A stretch of DNA of 64,000 nucleotides from Chamaesiphon sp. 336R_metabinner_41 (GCA_025359915.1 JANYDE010000073.1:994-64993), one strand, 5' to 3'; numbered from the stretch's first letter, positions 1 to 10,966 are shown. Notes: a model not told the origin generated them from the letters alone. Made by a program: numbers and translations.

Positions 1-108
1 ATGCAAGGTAGCGAAAGGTACTAATCCAACTACTGGAAGAAATACTAGAGATACGCTGGAATGTGCGTAAGTTGGTGGATAATTGATAGTTGATACCAAT
101 TTATTAGG

Positions 109-192
109 GTAGGTTGGGTTGAAGAATGAAACCCAACATTTCTAAGATGTGGGTGTGGGTGTTGGGTTTTGCTTGCGCACAACCCAACCTAC
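109..192. repeat. REPIN-like doublet of inverted GTAG-type REP hairpins
   Basis: GTAGGTTGGGTTGAAGAATGAAACCCAACA...AACCCAACCTAC; 109-138 is the exact reverse complement of 48625-48654. Confidence 0.8.
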
Positions 193-206
193 GATTTTCT
201 CCTATC

Positions 207-2252
207 TCAAAGGAAAGAGATCAAATCTGTGATAGTGACGTTGCGTTGTTGTGCTAGTTCTTGAAGGCGTTGCTGGGTGGTTGTGAATGATTGATAATAT
301 TCAACTTTTTTAGCTAAATCTTCGGGTTCTTTGCTTTGCAGTTTAGTTAGATAATATTTGCGTTTTTGTTCACAGGCAAATTTTTCGAGACAGGCAATTG
401 CAGCCCGCAGAACTAATGGGGAACGCTGAATTTCTTCGGCGATATGTTCGTCTACATTGAACAGATGCTTGATTTGATTGGCTCTGACTGGATGTTCTGT
501 AAGTGAGTCTTGCAATTTAGCCATCAATCGATCGTCTAAATAATCAATTTCTTCATGTTGTGAATCTTGCTGATGATTTAATGACGATCGATTGATAATC
601 TGCTGCCACAAAAAGCGATGATGATCTAGGGTAAATTCAAGATGGGCAGAATCTAGCGCGTCGATAATTGTCAAGCGGTGGAGAGGATAATGAAGGTAAA
701 TCCTGAGTAGTAATCCTTCTGCTTGTTCGATTAATCTTTGACTAGGATGAATACTAATCGGAGCTATTTCTACTTGCTCTTTGCTGGGAATTTCAATCGA
801 ACTATTATCTTCAAGTGCTTCTGGTGGCGAATATTTAGATTGAATGACTCGATTATTTACAGGTAAATTAGTTACACTAACTTTTTGCGCTGGAAGTGAT
901 TTTAGTCCTTTAATTGCAGTCTGTAAATTCTCAAATAATAGCGGTACCATCCGCGCATCGCCAGCACTTAATAATCCCGCTGATTTTTGGAGATAATGGG
1001 TGCGGGTGGTTGCATCGGTGATATTTTGCAGGAGTTTGACGATCTTTTGGGTAGCAAATTGATAATGATCTGCTTGGGTGAGATCTTGATTCTCGATCGC
1101 TTGATCTAGTTGCCAATCTAACCATAATGGGGCACGATCGAGTAAGCTGACATAATCTGTTGGGCTATTGCTTTTTAAAAACTCATCGGCATCTTTTCCT
1201 GTGGGTAGATTGAGGATCCGCAGTTGCAATTGTCCTTGATAGGCAAGTTCGGCAATTTCACCAATTGCGCGTTCTGCGGCGATATTTCCCGCTTTGTCGG
1301 CATCAAAATTGAGGACAATCTGTTTGGATTCGGTGAATTTTGCTAACTGTTTTACTTGAGCTAAACTTAATGCTGTACCGAGAGAGGCAACAGCACTAGT
1401 AATTCCCGCCGCGTGTAGAGCGATGACATCAAAATAACCTTCGACAACTACGGCTCGATCTGTTTTACTAATACTATCTTTTGCTCGATCGATTCCATAC
1501 AATGTGTTACCTTTATCAAATAATTCTGTCTCTGGCGAGTTGAGATATTTGGGCTGTTCATCGCTCAAAGTTCGCCCACCAAAACCAATTACTCGCCCGC
1601 GTAAATCCAAAATCGGAATCATCAATCGATCGCGAAATCTGTCATAGTAACTAGTATCATCTTTGCGTGGTATAATTAATCCGGCGGCAATAATCGATTG
1701 TGGTGAAAAGTGTTTTTGTTCGATTAGATAATTCGATAAAGTTTCCCACCCAGATGGAGAATAACCAAGTTTAAAACCTTGAATTGTCTCATCACTAAAA
1801 GCTCGATCAATCTTGAGATAATTGAGTGCTTTCTCTCCTTGTGATTGATTGAGTGCGTGTTGATAAAAGCTAGCTGTGATTGCTAAAATTTCATACAATT
1901 GTTCCCGCTGAGACAATCGTCGCTGTAACTCCTGACGTTGCTCTGGCTCTAATGTCTGTACGGGAATTTGATATTTGCGAGCTAAATCTAAAACAACTTC
2001 CGTAAAAGATTGCTTACCCAATTCCATCATAAAATTGATCGCATCACCCCCCGCCTGACAACCAAAACAGTAATATCTCTGCTTAGTTGGACTAACCGAG
2101 AAACTTGGCGATTTCTCTTGATGAAATGGACAAGAACCGAGATGATCTTTCCCACGTTTTTTCAAAACAACGTGTTCGCCGATCACATCAATAATATCGA
2201 CTTTAGCCTTAACTTCTTCGATCGTATCTGGATGTAAACGCGGGATATTCAC
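207..2252 (-). CDS. dnaG: DNA primase
   Basis: CHC2 zinc finger (CPFHQEK...CFGC), FRDRLMIPI, KYLNSPET, TOPRIM VVEGYFD and FDADKAG. Confidence 0.98.
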   Translation of the reverse strand: MNIPRLHPDTIEEVKAKVDIIDVIGEHVVLKKRGKDHLGSCPFHQEKSPSFSVSPTKQRYYCFGCQAGGDAINFMMELGKQSFTEVVLDLARKYQIPVQTLEPEQRQELQRRLSQREQLYEILAITASFYQHALNQSQGEKALNYLKIDRAFSDETIQGFKLGYSPSGWETLSNYLIEQKHFSPQSIIAAGLIIPRKDDTSYYDRFRDRLMIPILDLRGRVIGFGGRTLSDEQPKYLNSPETELFDKGNTLYGIDRAKDSISKTDRAVVVEGYFDVIALHAAGITSAVASLGTALSLAQVKQLAKFTESKQIVLNFDADKAGNIAAERAIGEIAELAYQGQLQLRILNLPTGKDADEFLKSNSPTDYVSLLDRAPLWLDWQLDQAIENQDLTQADHYQFATQKIVKLLQNITDATTRTHYLQKSAGLLSAGDARMVPLLFENLQTAIKGLKSLPAQKVSVTNLPVNNRVIQSKYSPPEALEDNSSIEIPSKEQVEIAPISIHPSQRLIEQAEGLLLRIYLHYPLHRLTIIDALDSAHLEFTLDHHRFLWQQIINRSSLNHQQDSQHEEIDYLDDRLMAKLQDSLTEHPVRANQIKHLFNVDEHIAEEIQRSPLVLRAAIACLEKFACEQKRKYYLTKLQSKEPEDLAKKVEYYQSFTTTQQRLQELAQQRNVTITDLISFL

Positions 2253-2256
2253 TTAG

Positions 2257-2288
2257 ATTAGTTGATAGTTGACAGTTGATAGTTGATA
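2257..2288. repeat. Heptamer tandem repeat (GTTGATA)n
   Basis: About 4 GTTGATA/GTTGACA units; same unit at ~37553-37583. Confidence 0.7.
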
Positions 2289-2367
2289 GCGATGATGATA
2301 TCGTGCTATCAACTCTTTCTTCTCTCTGCGCCCTCTGCGTCTCTGCGGTTAAAAAATATATTTGTGG

Positions 2368-2427
2368 GGTTGATGCGTTACTCTTCTCCTTCGGAGACGC
2401 TACGCAAACGGGGTAACACACCCTAAG
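2368..2427. repeat. REP-type hairpin carrying a 28-nt micro-element (2383-2410)
   Basis: GTTGATGCGTTAC...TAACACACCCTAAG host with inserted CTTCTCCTTCGGAGACGCTACGCAAACG; uninterrupted host variants near 12751-12784 and 49549-49582. Confidence 0.65.
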
Positions 2428-2429
2428 AT

Positions 2430-3494
2430 TTACTTTAGCAAATTAGCTGCAATCTTTTCGGAGAAAGCATTAGTTATAGCTTCAGGATCGATCGATCGAC
2501 CAATAAATACTAGTTTAGTCTGTCTGCGCTCATCGGTGCGCCAAGGTCGGTCGTAGAATTGCTCGAATCGATTGCCGACACCTTGAATAACTAATCGCAT
2601 CGGTTTATTGGGTACAGAGACAAAACCTTTAATGCGATAGATTTCCTGCTCTTTAACGAGACTTGCTAATTGATGGCGTAATTGTTCGGGATCGAAGGAT
2701 CGATCGAGTACCAAATTAATTGAGTTAATATCATCATCATGATCGTGGTCTGCTTCCGTGTCATGATGACTAGGACGATCTTCGAGATGATCTTCGACAG
2801 CGGCATTTAATCCGAGGATAGTATCTACATCAACGATACCGCGATCGCTAGTGACAATTTTAACCGATCGAGACAGCTCACTGTTAATTAGATCGATCGT
2901 TTGTTGATATTGGGCGGCGGTGACTAAATCAGACTTATTCAAAATCACCAAATCCGCGCAAGCTAATTGATCCTCAAATAACTCCTGGAGTGGAGTCTCA
3001 TGATCCAGATTCTCATCCTCCAGCCTGAGTGCGTCCACAGCCGCTGGATCGCTGGCAAACCTCCCATCTGCCACCGCGTCGCAATCAACTACCGTAATGA
3101 CCGCATCTACCGTCGCTGCGGTGCGAATTTCTGGCCAGCGGAAGGCGGTAATTAGCGGCTTTGGTAATGCCAAGCCGGAAGTCTCGATGAGAATGCAGTC
3201 GATATCATCGCGGCGGGCGATTAAGGCTTGCATCGTGGGTAAAAATTCCTCTTGTACTGTACAGCACAAGCAGCCATTAGTTAGCTCGACGATATTACTG
3301 GGAGCTGCGATTTCGTCATCTGGGCAAACTTGACAGGAGCGTAATAGTTCGCCGTCGATGCCAAGTTCGCCAAATTCGTTGACAATTACCGCGATGCGTC
3401 GCCCTTGATTGTTGGTGAGTAGATGTCGAATCAGGGTGGTTTTACCACTACCTAGAAATCCGGTGATGACGGTGACGGGAATTTTTTTTGCCAT
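2430..3494 (-). CDS. cobW: Cobalamin biosynthesis GTPase CobW (COG0523)
   Basis: TGFLGSGKTT, NEFG, NGCLCCTV, ETSGLALPKPL, His-rich linker, C-terminal YRIKG. Confidence 0.93.
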   Translation of the reverse strand: MAKKIPVTVITGFLGSGKTTLIRHLLTNNQGRRIAVIVNEFGELGIDGELLRSCQVCPDDEIAAPSNIVELTNGCLCCTVQEEFLPTMQALIARRDDIDCILIETSGLALPKPLITAFRWPEIRTAATVDAVITVVDCDAVADGRFASDPAAVDALRLEDENLDHETPLQELFEDQLACADLVILNKSDLVTAAQYQQTIDLINSELSRSVKIVTSDRGIVDVDTILGLNAAVEDHLEDRPSHHDTEADHDHDDDINSINLVLDRSFDPEQLRHQLASLVKEQEIYRIKGFVSVPNKPMRLVIQGVGNRFEQFYDRPWRTDERRQTKLVFIGRSIDPEAITNAFSEKIAANLLK

Positions 3495-3510
3495 GTTGAT
3501 TTGAGCGATT

Positions 3511-3603
3511 GAGTTGCTGCGGGGATTTTTACCCCACCCCAGCCCTCCCCTTATAAAGGGGAGGGAGTAAAGCCCCCCTTTATAAGGGGGGTTGGGGGGG
3601 TAA
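3511..3603. repeat. GC-rich palindromic repeat (CCCCACCCCAGCCCTCCCCTT family)
   Basis: Near-identical copies at 39389-39528, 44703-44797 and 46749-46811. Confidence 0.85.
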
Positions 3604-3632
3604 CACCATCTCAGCCAAATTCTAGTAAAAGT

Positions 3633-4499
3633 CTAGTCTAACGCAGCTAACACCACCCGAAAACCACAGCCATCCATGCGGAGACTCGAATCTAGACTAC
3701 AACGAACTGAACTCCTACAGCCTTTGGCGACATAATCCCAGGAGCCGCCGCGCATTACTCGCTTGGAATTAGCACTACTATCTACTAATGCACTTCCATC
3801 AGTTGGCGCATTGAGATAATTGGGTTGGTATTCGTCTAGACACCATTCCCAGACATTTCCGTGCATATCGGATAGCCCAAAAGCATTAGGGGGAAAGCTT
3901 CCGACGGGTGTTGCTTGGGCGCGATTTTCGCCTTTAGCTGCACCGTTGTAGGGGTACTCACCGTTATAGTTGACTAAATCGGGGGTAATCGTTGCGCCGA
4001 AGTAAAAGGCGGTATTAGTATTGGCTCGACAAGCATATTCCCACTGTGATTCGCTGGGGAGAGTATATTTTTTGCCTGTTTGTTGAGATAATTTAGTGCA
4101 GAAGGCTAGAGCATCATCCCAGTTGATTTTTTCGGCTGGGTAATCCGCGCCTAATCCACTACCGCGATTATCGCCCATAATCGATCGATATTGCGCCTGA
4201 GTTACTGGGTACTTACCCATGTAGAAAGGTGCTACCGTAACTTGATGAATAGGCTGCTCATCTTGATGATGTCGATCGTCGCCCATCATAAATATACCAC
4301 CAGGAATCGATAATAGATCTAGCGAGATCTCCGCGCTCAGGCTTTCCGTCAGACATGGAGCGGAAAGCGATTGACGACTAATTATTTCACCATTACTATC
4401 GACACTGACGGTTTCAAACGGATATGTAGTGAGATTTGCTGAAACTGGGTGAGGCTGTTTACCGACAGAAAGCATGATGTTAGTAGGATCGATCTCCAA
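3633..4499 (-). CDS. Formylglycine-generating enzyme (FGE-sulfatase/SUMF1) family protein
   Basis: FYMGKYPVTQAQY, LPSESQWEYACRA, PNAFGLSDMHGNVWEW, RGGSW, GFRVV. Confidence 0.92.
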   Translation of the reverse strand: MEIDPTNIMLSVGKQPHPVSANLTTYPFETVSVDSNGEIISRQSLSAPCLTESLSAEISLDLLSIPGGIFMMGDDRHHQDEQPIHQVTVAPFYMGKYPVTQAQYRSIMGDNRGSGLGADYPAEKINWDDALAFCTKLSQQTGKKYTLPSESQWEYACRANTNTAFYFGATITPDLVNYNGEYPYNGAAKGENRAQATPVGSFPPNAFGLSDMHGNVWEWCLDEYQPNYLNAPTDGSALVDSSANSKRVMRGGSWDYVAKGCRSSVRCSLDSSLRMDGCGFRVVLAALD

Positions 4500-4629
4500 A
4501 CATCAGTATCCCATATTTTACACACTGTGCAATTATCCCACTTGGAAAATGAGGTGGTAAATGATAGCATCAGACTCAGGATTTTTTGTCAGTTCGAGTC
4601 CTGAATTTTAGCGATTAACCCCTACTCTA

Positions 4630-6429
4630 ATGACTGAAATGCCAAATAAAATGCCCCGCCCAAATTCAAAATCGAAGTTAAACCCCGTGACAATCAAAAA
4701 TAAACAACGCCAACGCCTGTTAGCTAGAACTGGAGCAATTTCACTGTTGGTAGGGGTGATGGCGATCGGTGCGTGGAAATTGTGGGGGAACTCCGGTAAA
4801 CTGAATACTAGTAATGGGATGAGTTTATTACCCCAAGATACTTTTTTCTCGGTGGCAATTTCGACAGACTTAGAGCGATGGAAAAAGTTATCAGAATTTG
4901 GGATTCCGCTGAGTCGGGGCGTTTTTGAAGAACAGATTGCCAAATTTCAAACTGACTTTTTGACTCATTATGGCTACGATTACCAGCGGGATATTCAACC
5001 GTGGATTGGTAAACAGATTTTACTCGGCTATTTAGACAATCCAGGTGCTACCACTGGTAAATCTGCCCAGGGGAAAATGCCCAACCAGCAGACAGTGGCG
5101 ATCTTGCCAATTAACGATCGAGGTGGTGCCCAGCGAGCCGTAGAACAGCATCAAACTCCAGTCGATGCTAATTTAGTCGAAACCAACTATAAAGGGGTCA
5201 CCATTAGGGAATTTAAGCGCAAGTCGGGGACGATGGCGATCGCTATTGTAGACAATTTTGTGGCAATTACGACGGATCGATCGGGTTTGGAACGAGTCAT
5301 CGATACTCAGCAAGGTGGTAAATCTCTGCTGACAGTCCCAGGTTACACTAAGGCGTTGACGGAAATTGAGATCGATCGACCTTTTGTGCAAGTATATGTG
5401 AATATTCCGGTGGCGACGGCGGTGGCTGCGGCGAATTCACCCCAAACATTAGCGGCGGATAAATTAGCCCAATCCCAAATTCAGCAAGGGATGGCGGCGA
5501 ATGCGACACTAGAAACAGACGGGATTGCGTGGAAGGGAATTTCCTGGCTCAAACCCGATGCTAAACCTAGATTAATCGTCGATAATCAAGGTCAAGATAT
5601 GGCGGGGAATTTCCCTGCTGATACACTGGTAATGGTTTCTGGTGGTAACTTACAAAGGTTATGGCAAGACTATTTACGCAGTGCCGAATCCAACCCTGTC
5701 GCACCTGTCAAACCCAACGATGTTGTCAAAAATCTCAATGGGATTACGGGGTTGGAATTGGAATCAGAAATCCTCAACTGGAGCAAAGGCCCATTTGGAG
5801 TCGCGATGGTGCCGAAATCAGGTAAAATCGATACAGAATTTGGAGCTGGACTAGTGATGCTGCAACAAGCTAGCGATCGAGCTGCTGCCGAAAAAGCCTT
5901 TACCAAATTAGATGGTACAATGGCTCAAAAGCAAGCATTTAAAGTATCAAAAGTCCAAATCAATGGTAAAGATGCGATCGATTGGACATCACAACTAAAT
6001 ATTAGCGCGGCTACCCATGGTTGGCTCGATCGAAATGTTGCCTACCTCAATTTGGGCGCACCTGTAGCTAATACTTTTGTTCCTAATCCTCAATCGCGAC
6101 TATCAGACAATCCACAATTTCAACAATCCACTCGATCGAATTTAGACCACCATAACGGTCAATTCTACATCGATATCGATCGGACAATCAACGCCGGAAA
6201 TTTACCATTACCTTATATCTTTCCAGAAGTCAGAGCTGGATTTCAAGCTGTCAAAAGTTTAGGCGTAACTAGTGCAATTTTCGATGAATCCAGCAATCGA
6301 TTCGATATCTTCGTCGCACTAAAAAAAGTCCCTGGAATTGCCAAACTTCCCGCCATCGCTCCTAAATCAACCAAGCCATCACCTACACCAGTTAAAGCAC
6401 CAGCTACGCCTCCGGTTGCAGCTCCATAG
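4630..6429 (+). CDS. Membrane-anchored DUF3352-like protein
   Basis: 599-aa ORF with N-terminal TM segment and DYQRDIQPWIG motif of this cyanobacterial family. Confidence 0.75.
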   Translation: MTEMPNKMPRPNSKSKLNPVTIKNKQRQRLLARTGAISLLVGVMAIGAWKLWGNSGKLNTSNGMSLLPQDTFFSVAISTDLERWKKLSEFGIPLSRGVFEEQIAKFQTDFLTHYGYDYQRDIQPWIGKQILLGYLDNPGATTGKSAQGKMPNQQTVAILPINDRGGAQRAVEQHQTPVDANLVETNYKGVTIREFKRKSGTMAIAIVDNFVAITTDRSGLERVIDTQQGGKSLLTVPGYTKALTEIEIDRPFVQVYVNIPVATAVAAANSPQTLAADKLAQSQIQQGMAANATLETDGIAWKGISWLKPDAKPRLIVDNQGQDMAGNFPADTLVMVSGGNLQRLWQDYLRSAESNPVAPVKPNDVVKNLNGITGLELESEILNWSKGPFGVAMVPKSGKIDTEFGAGLVMLQQASDRAAAEKAFTKLDGTMAQKQAFKVSKVQINGKDAIDWTSQLNISAATHGWLDRNVAYLNLGAPVANTFVPNPQSRLSDNPQFQQSTRSNLDHHNGQFYIDIDRTINAGNLPLPYIFPEVRAGFQAVKSLGVTSAIFDESSNRFDIFVALKKVPGIAKLPAIAPKSTKPSPTPVKAPATPPVAAP

Positions 6430-6480
6430 GAAAGCAGCAATTCCAAATTCAAACTCATTTATTTCTCATCTTGTAATGAG

Positions 6481-6540
6481 CAGGTAGGGGTAATTCATGA
6501 ATGAACAGGTAGGGGTAATTCATGAATTACCCCTACCTGC
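6481..6540. repeat. GTAGGGGTAATTCATGAATTACCCCTAC palindrome with a partial tandem duplication
   Basis: CAGGTAGGGGTAATTCATGA occurs twice; related palindrome at 32591-32618; lies between convergent genes. Confidence 0.8.
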
Positions 6541-6544
6541 GATG

Positions 6545-7174
6545 CTAATTTCCCCGCGCTGCTTTCATTTCCTTATAACTAATAGTTGCATCGATGCGAG
6601 ATAAAGCACTCGTGGCTGATTCTCGGACATACTCATCGAAATTAACATCATCTTTTGCGGCGATTAATACTGCTTCCGCTCGTCTATCTCCGAGCGAACC
6701 CAAAGTATTGACTAAAGTTACTTGGAGCGCGATATTATCAGTTGTATTTAAAGCTGCTACCAAAGTTTCAAAAGCAGGACAACCCATCTCGCCCAAAGCC
6801 ATCACCGCTGCAATATTGACGACGGGATTTTCATCATTCATTGCGGCTTTTAGACACTCTAAACCCTCGGCTGGAAATGGTAGCTCAGGATAGTTGATAA
6901 TCACCTGAGCGAGGGCTTTAACCGCGCTTCCGCGCACGGTGACATTATCACTAGTCTCTACGACCGATACTAAAAATGGTACAGTGTCAATACCGATTGC
7001 GCCGAGTGTTTTTACCGCCGCACGTCGATAGGTTGTATCAGGATCATCGAGAATATCAATCAATCGCCCAATCGTCGTATCATTACGAGTCTCAACCAAT
7101 TCTATCATCGCCCGATCGCGTAAATTGGGATTGGGATGTTTTAATCGATCGAATAACGCATCATCTATAGTCAT
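6545..7174 (-). CDS. cpeZ: HEAT-repeat phycobilin lyase subunit, CpeZ-like
   Basis: LKHPNPNLRDRAM...TYRRAAVKTLGAIG HEAT repeats resembling CpeZ. Confidence 0.72.
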   Translation of the reverse strand: MTIDDALFDRLKHPNPNLRDRAMIELVETRNDTTIGRLIDILDDPDTTYRRAAVKTLGAIGIDTVPFLVSVVETSDNVTVRGSAVKALAQVIINYPELPFPAEGLECLKAAMNDENPVVNIAAVMALGEMGCPAFETLVAALNTTDNIALQVTLVNTLGSLGDRRAEAVLIAAKDDVNFDEYVRESATSALSRIDATISYKEMKAARGN

Positions 7175-7369
7175 AAGTAAGTTGGGAGATGGGAGATAGG
7201 TAGTACTAATAACTTAATCTGTATTTATGCTTAAATCTAGTAAATCCTGATAGAATTTTACCAAAAATGATCGAATACTTGAGAGCGAAATCTGGGAACT
7301 AGATGGCTAATCGCGGATGTCTTGATATACTGACTGACAATCCCCGCATTTTACTAAACTCGTTCGAGT

Positions 7370-9232
7370 ATGAATTATCTCAGGTTTGATCTAATCATTA
7401 TTGCAGTAATTGCTACTAACTTTTATCCATTCAGATCCTCAGCCGAAATTGCCCAAGCGAATCCCAACCTAAATCCACCCAGTCAGCGAACTATTTCCCC
7501 TCACCGACTCGCGCAACAATCGCCTCAGAACTTTGTCAGTCAAGGTACAGAAATATTTTTAAATGGTAAAACTGTAAATATCCCTTGGGGACAATGGCAA
7601 GTTGGAAATACTTTACACTTGGGTATCAGTGATACTGCTCTCGATCGACAGATGGGGGTAGAATTGTATAATAATAGCAATTATCAGACCCAACCGATCG
7701 ATTGGTATGGAACTCAACGAACACCAATTAATCTCGTCGCTAAACTCAGTCAGCAATATCGCTATCTAGACATTACCGAACTAGCGAAAAGTAGCGGTTG
7801 GAAATGGCAATTAGTCGGCGGTAAACTTCAACTCAATACCCCCACAACTAGAATTACCAATGTTCAACGTCAAACCATCCCGAAAAACGGTAAAATCGCG
7901 GTCACACTAAACAGATATACACCCTGGAAACTCAGCCAAACACCGACAGAAGGCTACCTGACGATCGAAGCAACTGCCGATCCGATCTTACTCTCTCAAT
8001 TTAACACACCATCGGTCGTCGATCCAGCTAATATCGATCCTGACGACGATCCTACCGCTGAGAAACTAGAATATAAAGTCACCAGCAATAATAATCAAAC
8101 AATTATCCAATTTCCGATCGTCAAAGGTCAACGAGCTAGGGCAAAATTATTATCAGCCACTAACCTCGAAATTAGCATCAATCCCACTCCTGAAATGATA
8201 CCCGATCGAGAGATAAATTGGGCACCAGGATTGAAATGGCGACAAAAGTGGATCAAATTGGGAATCAATAACTTCCCCGTTAGTTATCTCGAACTAGATC
8301 CGCGTCAAAAGGGAATTAAACTTAGACCGATCTTACCGCAAGAACCCAATCTCGTCGGTAGCAATCACCTCATTAAATTTGCACCACCAACCCAAGTCGC
8401 CGCCGCAATTAATGGCGGCTATTTCAATCGCAATAATCGGATGCCCTTAGGTGCAATCAAACGCGATGGTAAATGGTTATCCAGTCCCATTCTAAATCGT
8501 GGTGCGATCGGTTGGAGCGACAATGGCAAAATCCAGATCGCCCGCCTCCAAATCCAGGAAACTCTAAATACGTCCAAAAATGAACAATTAAATATCCTCG
8601 CGCTCAATAGTGCTTATGTGCAAACCGGAATCAGTCGTTACACCAGTGACTGGGGTAAAACCTATACGCCGATTCAAACTGACGAACTAATCATCACCGT
8701 CGAACAAGATCGAGTCACCCAAATCATCCCAGGTAACGCCATTGGCAGCATCAACGTTCCCATCCCTATCAATGGTTATTTACTAGCCTTGCGCGGGCAA
8801 CCAGAGCTGTCTGGAAGCATCCCCATCGGTACCACCCTCACCCTCAAACGACAAATTACCCCACCCGAACTCGATACCTATCCCCAGATTCTCGCCGCTG
8901 GCCCCTGGCTGGTACAATCGGGTAAAATAGTCCTTGATGCCAAAGGTGAAAACTTCGGCGCAGCCTTTAGTAAAGAATCCGCAGTTCGCAGCGCGATCGC
9001 CAGCACATCTACAGGTAATATTATCTTAGTCGCCGTCCACAATCGCACAGGTGGCAAAGGTCCAACCCTAACAGAGATGGCGCAACTGATGCAACAAATG
9101 GGCACAGTAGACGCACTCAATCTCGATGGTGGTAGCTCTACCAGTCTATATCTTGGCGGACAATTAGTCGATCGAGCCTCAGCCACCGCCGCACGAGTAC
9201 ACAATGCGATCGGTATCTCCATCGAACCATAA
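7370..9232 (+). CDS. Phosphodiester glycosidase (NAGPA-like) family protein
   Basis: AAINGGYFN, AVRSAIA, ALNLDGGSSTSL; N-terminal signal-like region. Confidence 0.85.
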   Translation: MNYLRFDLIIIAVIATNFYPFRSSAEIAQANPNLNPPSQRTISPHRLAQQSPQNFVSQGTEIFLNGKTVNIPWGQWQVGNTLHLGISDTALDRQMGVELYNNSNYQTQPIDWYGTQRTPINLVAKLSQQYRYLDITELAKSSGWKWQLVGGKLQLNTPTTRITNVQRQTIPKNGKIAVTLNRYTPWKLSQTPTEGYLTIEATADPILLSQFNTPSVVDPANIDPDDDPTAEKLEYKVTSNNNQTIIQFPIVKGQRARAKLLSATNLEISINPTPEMIPDREINWAPGLKWRQKWIKLGINNFPVSYLELDPRQKGIKLRPILPQEPNLVGSNHLIKFAPPTQVAAAINGGYFNRNNRMPLGAIKRDGKWLSSPILNRGAIGWSDNGKIQIARLQIQETLNTSKNEQLNILALNSAYVQTGISRYTSDWGKTYTPIQTDELIITVEQDRVTQIIPGNAIGSINVPIPINGYLLALRGQPELSGSIPIGTTLTLKRQITPPELDTYPQILAAGPWLVQSGKIVLDAKGENFGAAFSKESAVRSAIASTSTGNIILVAVHNRTGGKGPTLTEMAQLMQQMGTVDALNLDGGSSTSLYLGGQLVDRASATAARVHNAIGISIEP

Positions 9233-9463
9233 TTTCGACAAAAAAAATGGTGATAATTAGCATTGTAATTATCACCATTTGAGTTTAAACCCCGATTTCC
9301 CTTCGTAATGGGTGCAAATGAGAGCAACATTACTAACAAGAATACTTTTGACTGTCGATCACCGATTTAACTAGCGGAACCAACCTTCATGTCCTAAAGA
9401 TAACTGCTGGTGGATCGATCGACCTCAGCCATTTAGCTAGAGAAATCAACGTTACACACCATC

Positions 9464-9495
9464 AACCATCCACCATCCACCATCCACCATCCACC
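9464..9495. repeat. Heptamer tandem repeat (CCATCCA)n
   Basis: About 4.5 units just after the MFS stop codon. Confidence 0.7.
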
Positions 9496-10752
9496 CTAAA
9501 CAGCATCATCCAAAACATGGCGAGTGCTGCGCCATGTCCAAACTCCAGCTACTATTACAATGGCACTCATGCCCCACAAAACTGGCTCGAGACCAAATTG
9601 CTCGGTTAAGGGACCAGTGACGATGAGAGGAATAGCGATGGCAATATTGACGGCATTATTTTGGAAGCCAAATACTTTACCACGCATTGATTCTGGAGTC
9701 CGTTCCTGAATCAGGGTTTGCATTGGCACCTGAATCAATGAAGCTCCAAATCCGAGCACTCCCGCACACAATAAACCGATCGATAAGTTACTAACAAATG
9801 TGAAAATAGCTAGTACCGAACTCATGATGACAAATCCTACCAATGGCAGGGATTTTTGCTGGATTCGCTGCCCGAAATGACCTAATATCCCCGCGCCGAA
9901 GACTAACCCAATTCCGGCTGGAGCCACTAGCAACCCAAATTGTTTGGGTATTAAACCGACTTGAGCAGTCAGAGCAATCGCGAGAATAGGTAGAGCAGCG
10001 ATAGTGGAAGATAGGACAGCTATTTGTAGCATTGCGCTAAGTAATAATTTATTGCTTTGTAAATATCTAAAACCATCTTTTAGCTCATACAATGGGTCAA
10101 TTTTACGCGCATGTCTGCTAGTATCAATAGTCTCTCTAATTTTAACTAATTGACCTAAACCTGCGGCAATTAAATAGAATGATGCCACTAATATTTCCTG
10201 AGAACCATCTCTAGCAATTTGAGTGACTGCGGTGAGAATGACTTCACCAATGCCAAATCCTAGAATCACCGAACCTACGTTAGTTGTGGCAAACAGCGCA
10301 TTTGCTGTCAGGAGATTTTCGGGTGGAACAACCAGGGGAATAGCTGACTGCTCGGCAGGTGCGAATGCTTGGGTAACGACGGAATGCGCGAAGATAATCG
10401 CCAGTAAAATCGAGAATTCTTTGGGCAAGATCGGCAAGAGTAGAATGAGTCCTGCTCGCAAGATATCCGCTACTACCATGATCTGCTTTTTCGGGTAGCG
10501 ATCGACAAATATACCCGCTGCGGCACCTAGTAAAATTGCCGGAATCGTGGAAGCCACCATAAGATAGGAGCTGGAAGAGGCTGCAAATCTTGCCGGAACG
10601 TGATAATCCGTCAACAACGCAATACCCATCACCAACAGCACTTTGTCCGCAATCTGCGAGAAGATTTGCCCACCCCAGAGAAATAAGAACGGACGATTTT
10701 TAAGTAGAGCCTTAAATCCACTCGCCTCTGTGGGTGTTTTTGCAGGTATCAT
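9496..10752 (-). CDS. MFS transporter (H+ antiporter/macrolide efflux-like)
   Basis: About 12 hydrophobic segments, GIFVDRYPKKQIM motif A, RGKVFG. Confidence 0.9.
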   Translation of the reverse strand: MIPAKTPTEASGFKALLKNRPFLFLWGGQIFSQIADKVLLVMGIALLTDYHVPARFAASSSSYLMVASTIPAILLGAAAGIFVDRYPKKQIMVVADILRAGLILLLPILPKEFSILLAIIFAHSVVTQAFAPAEQSAIPLVVPPENLLTANALFATTNVGSVILGFGIGEVILTAVTQIARDGSQEILVASFYLIAAGLGQLVKIRETIDTSRHARKIDPLYELKDGFRYLQSNKLLLSAMLQIAVLSSTIAALPILAIALTAQVGLIPKQFGLLVAPAGIGLVFGAGILGHFGQRIQQKSLPLVGFVIMSSVLAIFTFVSNLSIGLLCAGVLGFGASLIQVPMQTLIQERTPESMRGKVFGFQNNAVNIAIAIPLIVTGPLTEQFGLEPVLWGMSAIVIVAGVWTWRSTRHVLDDAV

Positions 10753-10763
10753 AGGCTAGCTTA

Positions 10764-10810
10764 GGGGAAAGGGGAAAGGGGAAAGGGGAAAGGGGAAAGG
10801 GGAAAGGGGA
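10764..10810. repeat. Heptamer tandem repeat (GGGGAAA)x6+
   Basis: Six perfect units plus a partial unit upstream of the MFS start. Confidence 0.9.
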
Positions 10811-10966
10811 CAGCAATGTTGCTATTCACGATTCCACCAACGTCTGTAGCGATTGTACCTAGTTATCGGTCAAAAAGTTTAGGAATGTGTGACAGTCTAT
10901 CTAGTGGACAGTCGATCGGGAATCGGGGATAGTGAATAGTAAGTATTAATTCGTCCCGCGCCTGAA

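Noticed and set aside
3495-3632. Cobalamin riboswitch upstream of cobW
   Set aside because: The interval is filled by the GC-rich palindromic repeat; no B12-box seen
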